A DNA stretch of 64,000 bases from Bryobacterales bacterium (lineage in GTDB: Bacteria > Acidobacteriota > Terriglobia > Bryobacterales > Bryobacteraceae), in contig CAWFEK010000013.1 in assembly GCA_963814795.1 (NCBI GenBank), forward strand, positions 4,094 to 68,093, read 5' to 3'. A program made the position numbers and the translations under genes. Shown here one piece after another: positions 34,797 to 44,476 of this stretch. The stretch's first letter is position 1. Every line of letters begins with the position of its first letter. Below the pieces are notes generated by a model. The model saw nothing but the letters and a program-made list of their open reading frames with translations. It ran no database searches and had not been told where the DNA came from.

Positions 34797-37563
34797 ACAG
34801 CGGCCGTCCGCCCAGCGCCGTGTGGAACGCATAGGCGGTCAGTGCCGCAATACAGGCCAGCGTGAAGATGGCGCTGCCCGCATACCAGGCCGAAAAATCA
34901 GCGGTGATCGGAAACAGCACCAGCACGGCGGCTACCGCGGCTCCTACCACGTAGGCGAAGAGGCCGCATCGCAGCATCACGTACAGCATCAGTGAAAGTT
35001 GCAACAAACGAACCGGCAGCGTGACCAAAGCGACATCGGCGTGGGCTAAACTGCCCAGCGCCGCGAAGAACAGGACGAAAATTACCGCGGTCAGCCATTC
35101 CTTGCGGAAGATCAGCCGGAATACAAACAGCAGAAAGAAAATTCCCAGCGTATTCAAGATGGAACCCGGCAGTATTCCCAGCAGTGCGCTGGCGATGTGT
35201 GTCGCGCCCAGCATAGAGCCTAACCTGACGGTTTGGGAAGGCACTCCGCTGGAATGCGTGTTCACAAATGACGTGATGCCGGTGGCGAACGCTGAGAAAA
35301 CTCCGAAGAAAATACCCGCCAGCATGTGCCCGCCAACTACCGGATCGCGCATTTTTCCGTTCAGGACGCGCGTCCACGAAATTATGGTTTGGGGCCAGCG
35401 CCGGCGCACATATGGCTCCAATGCCACGTAGAGAACCCAGATCAGCGCCGCGGCCAGCAGATTGATGCTGAGGCCCATCATGAAAATAATCAGTTCGCTG
35501 GCGCTGGCCAGGTGGTGTGTTGCCAAAGCCCACGAAGCCATGCTCAGCGCGAACAGGAATCCAGACAAACGAAAAGCGTTGCGCCAGTCCGCCCGCCCCG
35601 CTCGAACGTTGTGCCGCGCCAGCAGGCCTGCCGCGATCACGATGATGCAAAGCAAGCTCAGAATAACCACCAGCAGCGCTTTTTGGCTCAAGGTTTGTTC
35701 CGCGGGCTGCATTCGATCCGCTCGCGTCCAGGGGCTGATCAGCGCGAAGTACACCAGTTTTCCGCGCCACGATGCCGCTTCCACCCGCAGGGGATTCGCA
35801 TCGTTGGGGTAGGTTCCAGTCCAGGCCGCCCGCTGATCCGAACTCGCTGGCGGAGTCCATTGCGGCTCCGCGCTTTTGAAGCGCGCCGGATCTAATCCAG
35901 CCGCCGTGAGCAATGCATTCCCGTTCAGCGGCTCAGTAGATGGCGCCGATTTGTCCACCTGCGGGGGCACGGCTGCAAACGATACCAGATGTCCTTGCGG
36001 GTCCAATTCCAGTTCCACCATTCCACTGACGTCCAGGGTTGGATCATCCGGCTGTACTTCTCCATCGTTTCCGAAATTGCCCGCCAGCATTTCGCGCGGG
36101 CTGGTGCGATACCAAAAAAGAATGGGCGCGGGTTGTCCCGTGTTGAGGTGGGCCAGTGTACTGCGCGCCTTGCCGCCTGTTTGATCCAGGTCCCGCAGAT
36201 AATCGGTGGCGTAGTGCATCCCGTAAGCGCTGTCGAAGGGCTTCCCGGTGTAACCAAAAGCTCGCGCCGTCTCTCGCGCTTTTTGGGCCAGCGCATCCGG
36301 CGAATTGTCCAAGGGAGTCTTCGAAATCCACGCCGTTTGTGATCCCAGGAAAGGAATTGCCGCCAGGCAGGCCACAATTCCGGCCAGCACCGCCAGAGCG
36401 AACATCGGCCGCAGCGCCTCGCGGTCCGTCGCCCGCGCCACCAGTTCCGGCGATGGCGTTTCACCCGCCGCTAATGCGGCCGCCAGGGGATTTCCTCCGG
36501 GAAGCGCCGCCGCAACGGCCAACGCGGACTGCGGCCGGTTTTGCGGATCCTGATCCAGGCATCGCCGGATAACCCGTTCCACGGCCGGATCGAGATCGCG
36601 CACTGTCGAAACCAGGCTGCGTGGTCCTCCGGTTTCCGCGCGCAGCCGCGTCATCTCGGCCAGGCTGTTGGCTTCGAAGGCGCGCTTGCCCGAGAACATT
36701 TCGTACAGCACCAGTCCGAGCGCATAGATATCGCTGCGTACTGTCACTTCGGTTCCGGCCAATTGTTCGGGGGCCATGTAAGCGGGCGTTCCATGCTTGA
36801 TCTCGGCGCCTTGAATCTGGCTGGCGATTCCGGCCAGCCCGAAGTCCGTTACCAGCACCTGTCCGCGCCCGTCGATCATGATGTTGGCCGGCTTCAGATC
36901 GCGATGCAGCACGCCTTTGTCGTGCGCCGCGGCCAATCCCGCGCACAGCTTCCGCGCCATCTCGAGGGCCGTATCGTTAGGCAGCCGGCCGATACGCCGC
37001 AGCAGCGCGCTCAAGTTTTCGCCGTCCACGTATTCCATCGAAATGTACGGCTGCCCATCCACTTCGCCGATGTCATAAACGCGGCAGACGTTGGGATGCG
37101 AGACCTGCCGCGCAATGCGCACTTCGTTATGGAAGCGCGCCAGAGTATCGGGATCGGACGCGGATTCCGGCAGAAATTTCAACGCTACTTGCTGGCTGAG
37201 ACGGAGATCGGTAGCGCGATATACTTCGCCCATTCCGCCGCGGCCCAGCAGCCCCAGGATGCGATAGCGCTCGGCTACAAGTGTGCCGGGCAAGAATCGT
37301 CCTTCATCGGGCGAATCGGACGACCCGGAGTTAAATGAGGCGCTGGTTCGCGGCGAGGACGAGGAGGATGATGATGGCCCCGGCATGGCCATGGTTTCGT
37401 CACCGTTAGATTTCGGCGTAAGCACGGACCCGCAGGCCCCACAAAAACGATTGCTTTCCAACATCTCGGCGGAGCAGGATGGGCACTTGGTCATACAGCG
37501 CGACTCACTAAAGCGGTACACAAGTTTCCCATTTGCGAACAGTGGACCGCAAGTCCGCCCCAC
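34771..37563 (-). CDS. Ser/Thr protein kinase with an N-terminal zinc ribbon and a C-terminal polytopic membrane domain
   Basis: CPSCSAEM...CGACG; GRGGMGEVYRA, VALK, HRDLKPANIMID, DFGLA and GTPAYMAPE, then many hydrophobic helices. The likely start is MTKCPSC at 37494. Confidence 0.9.
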   Translation of the reverse strand: MGRTCGPLFANGKLVYRFSESRCMTKCPSCSAEMLESNRFCGACGSVLTPKSNGDETMAMPGPSSSSSSSPRTSASFNSGSSDSPDEGRFLPGTLVAERYRILGLLGRGGMGEVYRATDLRLSQQVALKFLPESASDPDTLARFHNEVRIARQVSHPNVCRVYDIGEVDGQPYISMEYVDGENLSALLRRIGRLPNDTALEMARKLCAGLAAAHDKGVLHRDLKPANIMIDGRGQVLVTDFGLAGIASQIQGAEIKHGTPAYMAPEQLAGTEVTVRSDIYALGLVLYEMFSGKRAFEANSLAEMTRLRAETGGPRSLVSTVRDLDPAVERVIRRCLDQDPQNRPQSALAVAAALPGGNPLAAALAAGETPSPELVARATDREALRPMFALAVLAGIVACLAAIPFLGSQTAWISKTPLDNSPDALAQKARETARAFGYTGKPFDSAYGMHYATDYLRDLDQTGGKARSTLAHLNTGQPAPILFWYRTSPREMLAGNFGNDGEVQPDDPTLDVSGMVELELDPQGHLVSFAAVPPQVDKSAPSTEPLNGNALLTAAGLDPARFKSAEPQWTPPASSDQRAAWTGTYPNDANPLRVEAASWRGKLVYFALISPWTRADRMQPAEQTLSQKALLVVILSLLCIIVIAAGLLARHNVRAGRADWRNAFRLSGFLFALSMASWALATHHLASASELIIFMMGLSINLLAAALIWVLYVALEPYVRRRWPQTIISWTRVLNGKMRDPVVGGHMLAGIFFGVFSAFATGITSFVNTHSSGVPSQTVRLGSMLGATHIASALLGILPGSILNTLGIFFLLFVFRLIFRKEWLTAVIFVLFFAALGSLAHADVALVTLPVRLLQLSLMLYVMLRCGLFAYVVGAAVAAVLVLFPITADFSAWYAGSAIFTLACIAALTAYAFHTALGGRPLFKAQFLEE

Positions 37564-37620
37564 TGATTCAACTGCTTAATGTGGCACCCTGCTTGCCCTT
37601 AACACATCAAACGCGTAACC

Positions 37621-38793
37621 ATGATTTGTGTGACCAAAGAGGGAACTGATCGTCCACAGCAAGAGAACACTAAGTTGCGAATTCTGGTGGGCGACGATCA
37701 GGTGGACGTTCTGGAAGCTCTGCGCCTGTTGCTCAAGGGCGCCGGATATGACACCGTGCTGGTGGATTCGCCGCAGGCCGTGCTGCGCGCCGCGCGGTCC
37801 CAGCCGTTCGACTTGATTCTGATGGATCTGAACTATGCGCGCGACACCACCTCGGGCGCCGAAGGCCTGGACCTGTTATCCAGCCTCGAAGCGCAGCAGA
37901 ACGCCGCACCGGTGATTGTGATGACCGCGTGGGGCAACGTGGAACTGGCGGTGGAAGCCATGCGGCGCGGGGCCTGCGACTTTGTTCAAAAGCCGTGGGA
38001 CAATGCGCGGCTGCTGAGCACCATCCGCAAGCAGGCCGATGAGGCCGTGGCGAAAATAAAAGCCGACCGGCAAGTAAAATCCGAGCTGGAAATCGCCCGC
38101 AACGTACAGCAGAAGCTTTTTCCGCACCAGAGCAGGCGCCTTCCCAGCATCGACTACGCCGGCCAGTGCGTGCCGGCGCGGGAGGTCAGCGGCGATTACT
38201 ACGATTTTCTGGACATCGGCGAGAGCGGCCTGGGATTTGTGCTGGCGGATGTTTCCGGAAAAGGCGTGGCGGCAGCGTTGCTGATGGCCAATCTGCAAGC
38301 CTGCTTCCGCAGCCAGTCACAGGATGCGCTGCGGCAGCCGGCTTCGATGTTGCGGGCGGTCAACAAACTGTTTTACGAATCCACGCCGCCCGAACATTTC
38401 GCCACATTGTTCTTTGGGAACTACGACGACTGCTCCCGCCGCTTGCGCTACGTCAATTGCGGCCATCTGCCGCCGATCCTGATTCGCGCCGATCAAAGTG
38501 TGGAGCGGCTGCCTGCTACGGCTACGGTACTGGGCGTCTTCAGCAACTGGAGCAGCGAGGAACGCACCGTGAGTCTCGCGCCCGGCGATACATTGGTGCT
38601 CTTCTCCGATGGAGTAACAGAAGCGGGAGTTGAAACGGAGGCGGAGTTTGGCGAAGACGGGTTGATGGCCGTGATCCGCGCCAATCAAGGCAGCAACGCC
38701 GAGACGCTGGTAAACGCGGTCGTCAGCGCGGTAGCCGGTGAAAAAGAGGACGACGTCACGGTAGTGGTGATCCGTTCGTCGCCATCCAGCTAG
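37621..38793 (+). CDS. Response-regulator receiver fused to a PP2C/SpoIIE-type phosphatase
   Basis: Receiver: ILVGDDQVDVLEAL...DLILMDLNY...VIVMTAWG. Phosphatase: GDYYDFL...LADVSGKGVAAALLMANL...LFSDGVTEA. Confidence 0.85.
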   Translation: MICVTKEGTDRPQQENTKLRILVGDDQVDVLEALRLLLKGAGYDTVLVDSPQAVLRAARSQPFDLILMDLNYARDTTSGAEGLDLLSSLEAQQNAAPVIVMTAWGNVELAVEAMRRGACDFVQKPWDNARLLSTIRKQADEAVAKIKADRQVKSELEIARNVQQKLFPHQSRRLPSIDYAGQCVPAREVSGDYYDFLDIGESGLGFVLADVSGKGVAAALLMANLQACFRSQSQDALRQPASMLRAVNKLFYESTPPEHFATLFFGNYDDCSRRLRYVNCGHLPPILIRADQSVERLPATATVLGVFSNWSSEERTVSLAPGDTLVLFSDGVTEAGVETEAEFGEDGLMAVIRANQGSNAETLVNAVVSAVAGEKEDDVTVVVIRSSPSS

Positions 38794-39301
38794 CGCGATC
38801 GATTGCATACCGGACCAGCCGCAGGCCATCCCGTTCAAATTCGCACTCGCGGGTCAGTCCCAGTTTTTCCATGATCCGAGTGGAGGCCGTATTTTCCGGC
38901 CGCGCGATGGAGATAATGCGTTCCAACCCGGCGTGTTGAAACGCGTGTTGCAGCGCTGTTCGGGCCGCTTCGGTGGCCAATCCCTGGCCCCACCAACGCC
39001 GCGCCAGCCACCATCCAATCTCCGGATCCGGAGCATCGCGCCAGAACCCCACGCCGCAGAAGCCAATGGTTTCGCGCGCTGGTTTTCGAAGCAGCTTCCA
39101 GCGGCAGAAGTTCCGCTCGGATAGCGTGGTCACCTGACGCTCCACAAACGCCTGGATCTGCTCGTCGGTCCAGGGCACGCCGCCGGTGATATAGCGCATG
39201 ACATCTGGATCGGTTGCAATGGGACGCAATTCTGTCCAATCGGAACCCTGCCACTTATCCAGCACCAGGCGCTTGGTCTCGGAGGGTAAAATAGGGTCCA
39301 C
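38756..39301 (-). CDS. GNAT-family (RimJ/RimL-like) acetyltransferase
   Basis: RLVLDKWQGSDWTELRPIATDPDVMRY...GWWLARRWWGQGLATEAARTAL. Confidence 0.75.
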   Translation of the reverse strand: MDPILPSETKRLVLDKWQGSDWTELRPIATDPDVMRYITGGVPWTDEQIQAFVERQVTTLSERNFCRWKLLRKPARETIGFCGVGFWRDAPDPEIGWWLARRWWGQGLATEAARTALQHAFQHAGLERIISIARPENTASTRIMEKLGLTRECEFERDGLRLVRYAIDRASWMATNGSPLP

Positions 39302-40099
39302 GTGTCCTATACTATTCTCGCCGTTCTGCTGGCCTGTTCAATGATCGAAGCCGAACAACTCCATATCGATCATGTCACCGTCGCGGGCCGCGACTTGCGC
39401 GCCATGCAACAAGCCTTGCAGGCGGCCGGCCTTCCTTCGGAGTACGGGGGGCTGCATTCCAATCACGCCACTGAAATGGCGCTCACCAGTTTCCCCGACG
39501 GCTCTTATCTGGAGCTGATCGCGATCCAGCCGCACGCTGACCCGGCCGCCGTGGCCGCGCATACCTGGAGCAAGTTTCTGGATGGTAATGCCGGGCCATG
39601 CGCCTGGGCCACGCGCGTATCGAGCATCGCCTCGAAAGACAAGCCGCTCAAGAACGGGCGCAAGCGTCCCGACGGCGTGCAGTTGGAATGGGAAACCGCC
39701 CAGGTGGGCCATGGCGAAGGAACATTTTTCCCGTTTTTGATCCACGATTTTACACCGCGCGATCTGCGCGCGTACCCCAGCGGCAAGCCCACCACGACGA
39801 AGTTCACCGGAATTGTCAAAGTCTACATCGCCGTAAAGAATCTGGATGCCGCCATTGCGGAATACCGGAAGGCCTACAAACTTGCCGCGCCTAAGCGCGC
39901 TGATGATCCGGGATTTGGCGCCAGGACGGCATGGTTTGAAGGTACGCCGGTTGTTCTGGCCGCGCCGCTCCCTGATTCCTGGCTGGTGGAACGGCTGCAA
40001 CGCTTTGGCGAAGCGCCATGCGCATTCGTGCTGGGCCGCGCGAAACCGGCCGAGAAAATCACCTGGCTCAATCCCGGCTGGCACCTGGGCGTCCAATGA
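39302..40099 (+). CDS. VOC/glyoxalase-like domain protein
   Basis: IDHVTVAGRDLRAMQQALQAAGLPSEYGGLHSNHATEMALTSFPDGSYLELIAIQ is typical of the glyoxalase-like family. Confidence 0.6.
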   Translation: MSYTILAVLLACSMIEAEQLHIDHVTVAGRDLRAMQQALQAAGLPSEYGGLHSNHATEMALTSFPDGSYLELIAIQPHADPAAVAAHTWSKFLDGNAGPCAWATRVSSIASKDKPLKNGRKRPDGVQLEWETAQVGHGEGTFFPFLIHDFTPRDLRAYPSGKPTTTKFTGIVKVYIAVKNLDAAIAEYRKAYKLAAPKRADDPGFGARTAWFEGTPVVLAAPLPDSWLVERLQRFGEAPCAFVLGRAKPAEKITWLNPGWHLGVQ

Positions 40100-41403
40100 A
40101 ATTTGCAGTGGTGCTGTTCGCGCTCGCCGGATTTGCCTGTGCCCAGCTCTCTATTGACCCGCAGCTTTCGGTTGAGATCGCCAAGATCAAAGCCATCGAC
40201 AACCACGCGCATCCCGTCCGGCCGGTCTTTGATGGAAAAGACAAAGACACTGAGTTCGACGCGCTGCCGGTGGATGTAATGGAACCGTACACGGAGCCAG
40301 TGCGTACGCGCGAAGGAAGTCCGCTGGTAATCGAGGCCTGGCGCCAGCTTTTCGGCTACCGCTATCACGACCGCGCGCCGGAACATGTTGCGGAGTTACA
40401 GCAGCGGAAGAAGCAGTTGCTCCAGGAAAAAGGTGACGGCTACGCCAACTGGGTTCTGGATCAGCTGGGCATCGAAACCATGCTGGCCAATCGCGTGGCC
40501 ATGGGCCATGGCCTGGCCGCGCCGCGATTCCTGTGGGTGCCGTTTGAAGATGCTCTGCTTTTCCCGCTGAACAATGCGAGCCTCGCGTCCAGGAATTCCG
40601 ACCGCAAGACGTTTTTTGACGACGAAGAGCGGCTGCTCAAGCGCTATCTCAAAGATTCCGGCTGGTCCGAAACTCCCGCTACGCTGGATGAATATCTGGC
40701 AAAGGTTGTTAGCGCCACGCTGGAGCGCCAGAAGCGGGCTGGAGCGGTGGCGGTGAAGTACGAAGCGGCCTACCTGCGTTCTCTCGATTTCGAAGAGGTC
40801 AGCAAGAGCGATGCCCGGAGCATTTATTTCGGATCGCGCCAGAGCGCTCCTCCCGATGCGGCTTACAAAAAGCTGCAGGATTACATCTTCCGTTACATCG
40901 CAGCCGAGTGCGGACGCCTGGGTCTGGCCGTCCATCTGCATGCCGCTTATGGCGCGGGCGGTTATTTCCATATTGGGGGCGCCAATCCGCTGTTGCTGGA
41001 ATCCGTTCTCAACGATCCCAAACTGCGCAAGACGAATTTCGTGATGTTGCATGGCGGCTGGCCGTTCACCCGTGAAGTGGCGGCGTTGCTTTCAAAACCG
41101 AATGCGTATGCCGATTTCTCCGAGCAGACTTTTATGAACTATCCGCGAGGCGTGGCCGATGCCATCCGCGAATGGTTGGAGCGTGCGCCGGAGAAAGTGA
41201 TGTTCGCTACCGATGCTTATCCGTTTTCGGAAGAAATGGGTTGGGAGGAAGCGGGTTGGGTAGCGGCCACCACGGGGCGGGAAGCGCTGGGATTGGCGCT
41301 CACGGAGATGATGCAGGATGGAGAAATCACGCGCGAGCGGGCGGTGGAAATAGCGCGCATGGTGATGCGGGAGAATGCGCGGAAGTTATATAAGCTCCCG
41401 TAG
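40096..41403 (+). CDS. Secreted amidohydrolase-2 family protein
   Basis: Signal peptide MKFAVVLFALAGFACAQ at Met27 of ORF 40018. IDNHAHP metal motif and later HLHA / MLHGGWP motifs. ATGA overlap with the previous gene. Confidence 0.7.
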   Translation: MKFAVVLFALAGFACAQLSIDPQLSVEIAKIKAIDNHAHPVRPVFDGKDKDTEFDALPVDVMEPYTEPVRTREGSPLVIEAWRQLFGYRYHDRAPEHVAELQQRKKQLLQEKGDGYANWVLDQLGIETMLANRVAMGHGLAAPRFLWVPFEDALLFPLNNASLASRNSDRKTFFDDEERLLKRYLKDSGWSETPATLDEYLAKVVSATLERQKRAGAVAVKYEAAYLRSLDFEEVSKSDARSIYFGSRQSAPPDAAYKKLQDYIFRYIAAECGRLGLAVHLHAAYGAGGYFHIGGANPLLLESVLNDPKLRKTNFVMLHGGWPFTREVAALLSKPNAYADFSEQTFMNYPRGVADAIREWLERAPEKVMFATDAYPFSEEMGWEEAGWVAATTGREALGLALTEMMQDGEITRERAVEIARMVMRENARKLYKLP

Positions 41404-41446
41404 CCCCGCGTGTCAGCAAGGGGACCTGTTATTCTTAAGATTCACC

Positions 41447-42802
41447 TTGAAAATCGGTTTTGTAAGTCTCGGCTGTCCCAAAAACCTCGTCGACACGGAG
41501 GTCATGATGGGCCAATTGGTGGAACGCGGCCACCAGCTCACGCATGATCCTCAAGATGCCGAAGTCCTGGTGGTCAATACATGTAGTTTCATCGATCCGG
41601 CCAAGCAGGAATCCGTCGACACCATTCTCGAGATGGCGGAATTCAAGAAATCCGGCCAGGCGCGCAAGCTGATTGTCGCGGGCTGCTTAGTGGAACGCTA
41701 TCGCGCCGAGATCCAGAAGAACATTCCGGAAGTAGACGCGGTGATCGGCACCAACGAACTTCAGAATATTGTCGCGCTATGCGAGGGCGAGCAGCCGGCA
41801 GCGAATCCCTTCGAGCCTTATCTCTATCACGACCTCACGCCGCGAGTGCTCTCCACCGCGCGCCACTACGCTTATATAAAAATCGCCGAAGGCTGTGACC
41901 ATCCTTGCTCGTTCTGCGTTATCCCGCAGTTTCGCGGCCAGTTTCGAAGCCGCCGTTTCGAATCCGTGATCGCGGAAGCCACGCGTTTGTTTGCGCAGGG
42001 AGTCCGCGAGATCAATCTGATCGGCCAGGACACCACTTCCTATGGTGTGGATCTGGGGATCAAAGACGGGCTCGCCGAGTTGATGGCGCGTCTGGCCCAA
42101 ATCCCGGCACCGCATGAAAAATGGATCCGCTTCCTTTATTGCTATCCCAACCGCATCACGCAAAAACTGCTGGATACCATCGCCGAGCATGACGCGCTGG
42201 TGAAATATATCGACATGCCGCTGCAGCACGCCAGCGCAGCTGTTTTGAAGCGCATGAAGCGCGGCTCGCACGGCGATTTCTTTCTGAAACTGCTGGAGCG
42301 CATCCGGGCCACAATTCCCGGCGTGGCCATCCGCACCAGCATGATCGTAGGATTTCCGGGCGAAACCGAATCCGACTTTGAAACGCTGTGCAGCTTCGTG
42401 AAAGCGGCCCAGTTCGATCGCCTGGGTGTCTTCGCCTATTCCGACGAAGAAACCAGCGCCAGCTTTCAACTGGATGCGAAAGTGGATGGGCGCACCATTC
42501 ACAATCGCCAGCGCAAACTGATGGCTCTGCAACGCAGAGTCTCTCGGGCGCGGAATCGCAAGATGATCGGCCAGGATGTTGACGTGCTGGTGGATGGGCC
42601 GTCGGAAGAAACGGACCTGCTGTGGCAGGCGCGCATGTCGACGCAGGCGCCTGAGATCGACGGTGTTTGCTACATCAACGATTTCGGCAACGCACCTCCG
42701 CGGTCTGGTGAGATTCGCCGGATGCGAATCACCGAAGCGCACGACTACGATCTGGTGGGCTCGCTCGAGCCTGAAATGTTTCCCATACTCGCCGCAGTAT
42801 GA
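41447..42802 (+). CDS. rimO: Ribosomal protein S12 methylthiotransferase
   Basis: KIGFVSLGCPKNLVDTE, radical-SAM CDHPCSFC and a C-terminal TRAM-like domain. Start assigned to TTG 41447 and is uncertain. Confidence 0.9.
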   Translation: MKIGFVSLGCPKNLVDTEVMMGQLVERGHQLTHDPQDAEVLVVNTCSFIDPAKQESVDTILEMAEFKKSGQARKLIVAGCLVERYRAEIQKNIPEVDAVIGTNELQNIVALCEGEQPAANPFEPYLYHDLTPRVLSTARHYAYIKIAEGCDHPCSFCVIPQFRGQFRSRRFESVIAEATRLFAQGVREINLIGQDTTSYGVDLGIKDGLAELMARLAQIPAPHEKWIRFLYCYPNRITQKLLDTIAEHDALVKYIDMPLQHASAAVLKRMKRGSHGDFFLKLLERIRATIPGVAIRTSMIVGFPGETESDFETLCSFVKAAQFDRLGVFAYSDEETSASFQLDAKVDGRTIHNRQRKLMALQRRVSRARNRKMIGQDVDVLVDGPSEETDLLWQARMSTQAPEIDGVCYINDFGNAPPRSGEIRRMRITEAHDYDLVGSLEPEMFPILAAV

Positions 42803-42960
42803 AGTGCCCGATTTGCAAAAAAGAGGCCGATGCGGGTGGAGAGTTCTATCCGTTTTGCAGCGAGCGCTGCAAGATAATCGATCTTGGGAATTGGGCTAGC
42901 GAGAAGTATGTTATCTCCACTCCGGTGCAGGCGGATGAGGAAGAGCCGGATGAAACGTAG
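42799..42960 (+). CDS. yacG: DNA gyrase inhibitor YacG-like zinc-finger protein (53 aa, below the ORF-track cutoff)
   Basis: My translation: MKCPICKKEADAGGEFYPFCSERCKIIDLGNWASEKYVISTPVQADEEEPDET. It has the CPxC...CSxRC...DLGxW pattern and an ATGA overlap with rimO. Confidence 0.75.
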   Translation: MKCPICKKEADAGGEFYPFCSERCKIIDLGNWASEKYVISTPVQADEEEPDET

Positions 42961-42990
42961 CGAACGCGGCACGCATGAGTGCGTGCGCCA
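42961..42990 (-). repeat. Partial REP2 (one full hairpin) in the yacG-pgpA spacer
   Basis: CGAACGCGGCACGCATGAGTGCGTGCCACG, in reverse orientation relative to the other copies. Confidence 0.6.
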
Positions 42991-42996
42991 CGGGTG

Positions 42997-43446
42997 ATGC
43001 GGATTTTCGCATATGCTCTGGGCACTTTCTTTGGGTGCGGCTATTCGCCTGTTGGGCCTGGGACTGTAGGATCACTGGCCGCAATTCTCATTGCGATTGC
43101 CATTGACAATCGCGCAATAATCCTACTGCTTAGTGTTGTGCTGCTGGGGCCGGCTATTTGGGCGGCCGGAAAAGTTGCGCAATATGAATCTCGCAAAGAT
43201 CCGCAGATTGTAGTCATCGACGAAGTGCTGGGCCAGTGGATCACGTTGGCCGGCGCAAGCACTCTCAACTGGAAAAGTTTTCTCGCGGCGCTGCTCTTTT
43301 TCCGGCTGTTCGACATCTGGAAGCCTCCGCCGGTGCGGCAACTGGAGGCTCTGCCTTCGGGCATCGGCATTGTCGCCGACGATTTGATGGCGGGTCTCTA
43401 TGGCGCGCTTGCTATATTCGTATTAGATCGATTCCGATTTTTTTGA
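42997..43446 (+). CDS. pgpA: Phosphatidylglycerophosphatase A
   Basis: FFGCGYSPVGPGTVGSLAA, VIDEVLGQW, FRLFDIWKPPPV and IVADDLMAGLY. Confidence 0.9.
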   Translation: MRIFAYALGTFFGCGYSPVGPGTVGSLAAILIAIAIDNRAIILLLSVVLLGPAIWAAGKVAQYESRKDPQIVVIDEVLGQWITLAGASTLNWKSFLAALLFFRLFDIWKPPPVRQLEALPSGIGIVADDLMAGLYGALAIFVLDRFRFF

Positions 43447-43447
43447 C

Positions 43448-44476
43448 ATGGCATCTAAGAAGGACTCCAACGGCCGCCCTGAGATTTCGAACGTTACTCC
43501 CGAAGCGGCTATTCCGGGCGGCGAATTTCAGATCCGCGGCGCCGGCCTGGCGCGCTCCAGCCGTCCCCGTGTCACCATCGGCGACGTGGATGCCCCCATC
43601 GTGATCGGATCCGATTCCTACGTCATCGTGCGCGTGCCGGATGGCGCTTCGGCGGGCGAGTTGGTGGTGGAAGCGGGGAATCAGAGCAGCCGCGCCTGGA
43701 CTTGCGATATCGGCGTCCAGATCGCCGACAATTTGTATCCGGTGGGAAATCCGGCGGTAGACGCATACGGCAACATCTTCGTGACATTTAGCGGGTCGCG
43801 CGGACAAAAAACTCCTGTCTCCGTTTATAAAATCGATCTCAACTACAATCCGAAACCGTTTGTCAGCGATCTGATGAACGCCACCGGCCTGGCGTTCGAC
43901 AAAGACGGAATTCTCTACGTATCCAGCCGCTACGACGGCATCGTGTATCAGGTCACTTCCAGCGGCAGCCTCTCTGTTTATGTGGAAGGGATGGGCGTGG
44001 CCACCGGTCTCGCGTTTGATCAGGATGAGAACCTCTACGTAGGCGATCGCGGCGGCACGATTTTCAAGATCAGCCGCTCGCGCCAGATTTACGTGTTCGC
44101 TACGCTCGAGGCTTCCATTGCCGCGTATCATCTCGCGTTTGGAACCGATCATCATCTCTACGTAACCGGACCCACGACGTCGAGTTTCGATTCTGTTTAC
44201 CGGATTTCGCCGGCCGGTGAAGTGGAAGCTTACTACCGGGGCCTCGGCCGTCCGCAGGGCATGGCGTTTGACTCCGACGGGCGCTTGTACGTGGCCGGAT
44301 CGCTTGGCGGACGCCGCGGGGTGGTGCGCTTCGATCAAAAACGGAATCCTGAATTGTTTCTTTCCGGGCCGGGCATCGTTGGCCTGGCCTTTACGCCCTC
44401 TCGCGCGCTGCTGGTTACCACCAACAGCTCTTTGTTCCGCGCCGATGTAGGTATCAGCGGCAGGCCTCTTCCGTAA
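43448..44476 (+). CDS. IPT/TIG domain plus NHL/SMP-30-like beta-propeller protein
   Basis: N-terminal PEISNVTPEAAIPGGEFQIRGAGL, then repeated G(L/M)AFDxDGxLYV blades. Confidence 0.65.
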   Translation: MASKKDSNGRPEISNVTPEAAIPGGEFQIRGAGLARSSRPRVTIGDVDAPIVIGSDSYVIVRVPDGASAGELVVEAGNQSSRAWTCDIGVQIADNLYPVGNPAVDAYGNIFVTFSGSRGQKTPVSVYKIDLNYNPKPFVSDLMNATGLAFDKDGILYVSSRYDGIVYQVTSSGSLSVYVEGMGVATGLAFDQDENLYVGDRGGTIFKISRSRQIYVFATLEASIAAYHLAFGTDHHLYVTGPTTSSFDSVYRISPAGEVEAYYRGLGRPQGMAFDSDGRLYVAGSLGGRRGVVRFDQKRNPELFLSGPGIVGLAFTPSRALLVTTNSSLFRADVGISGRPLP

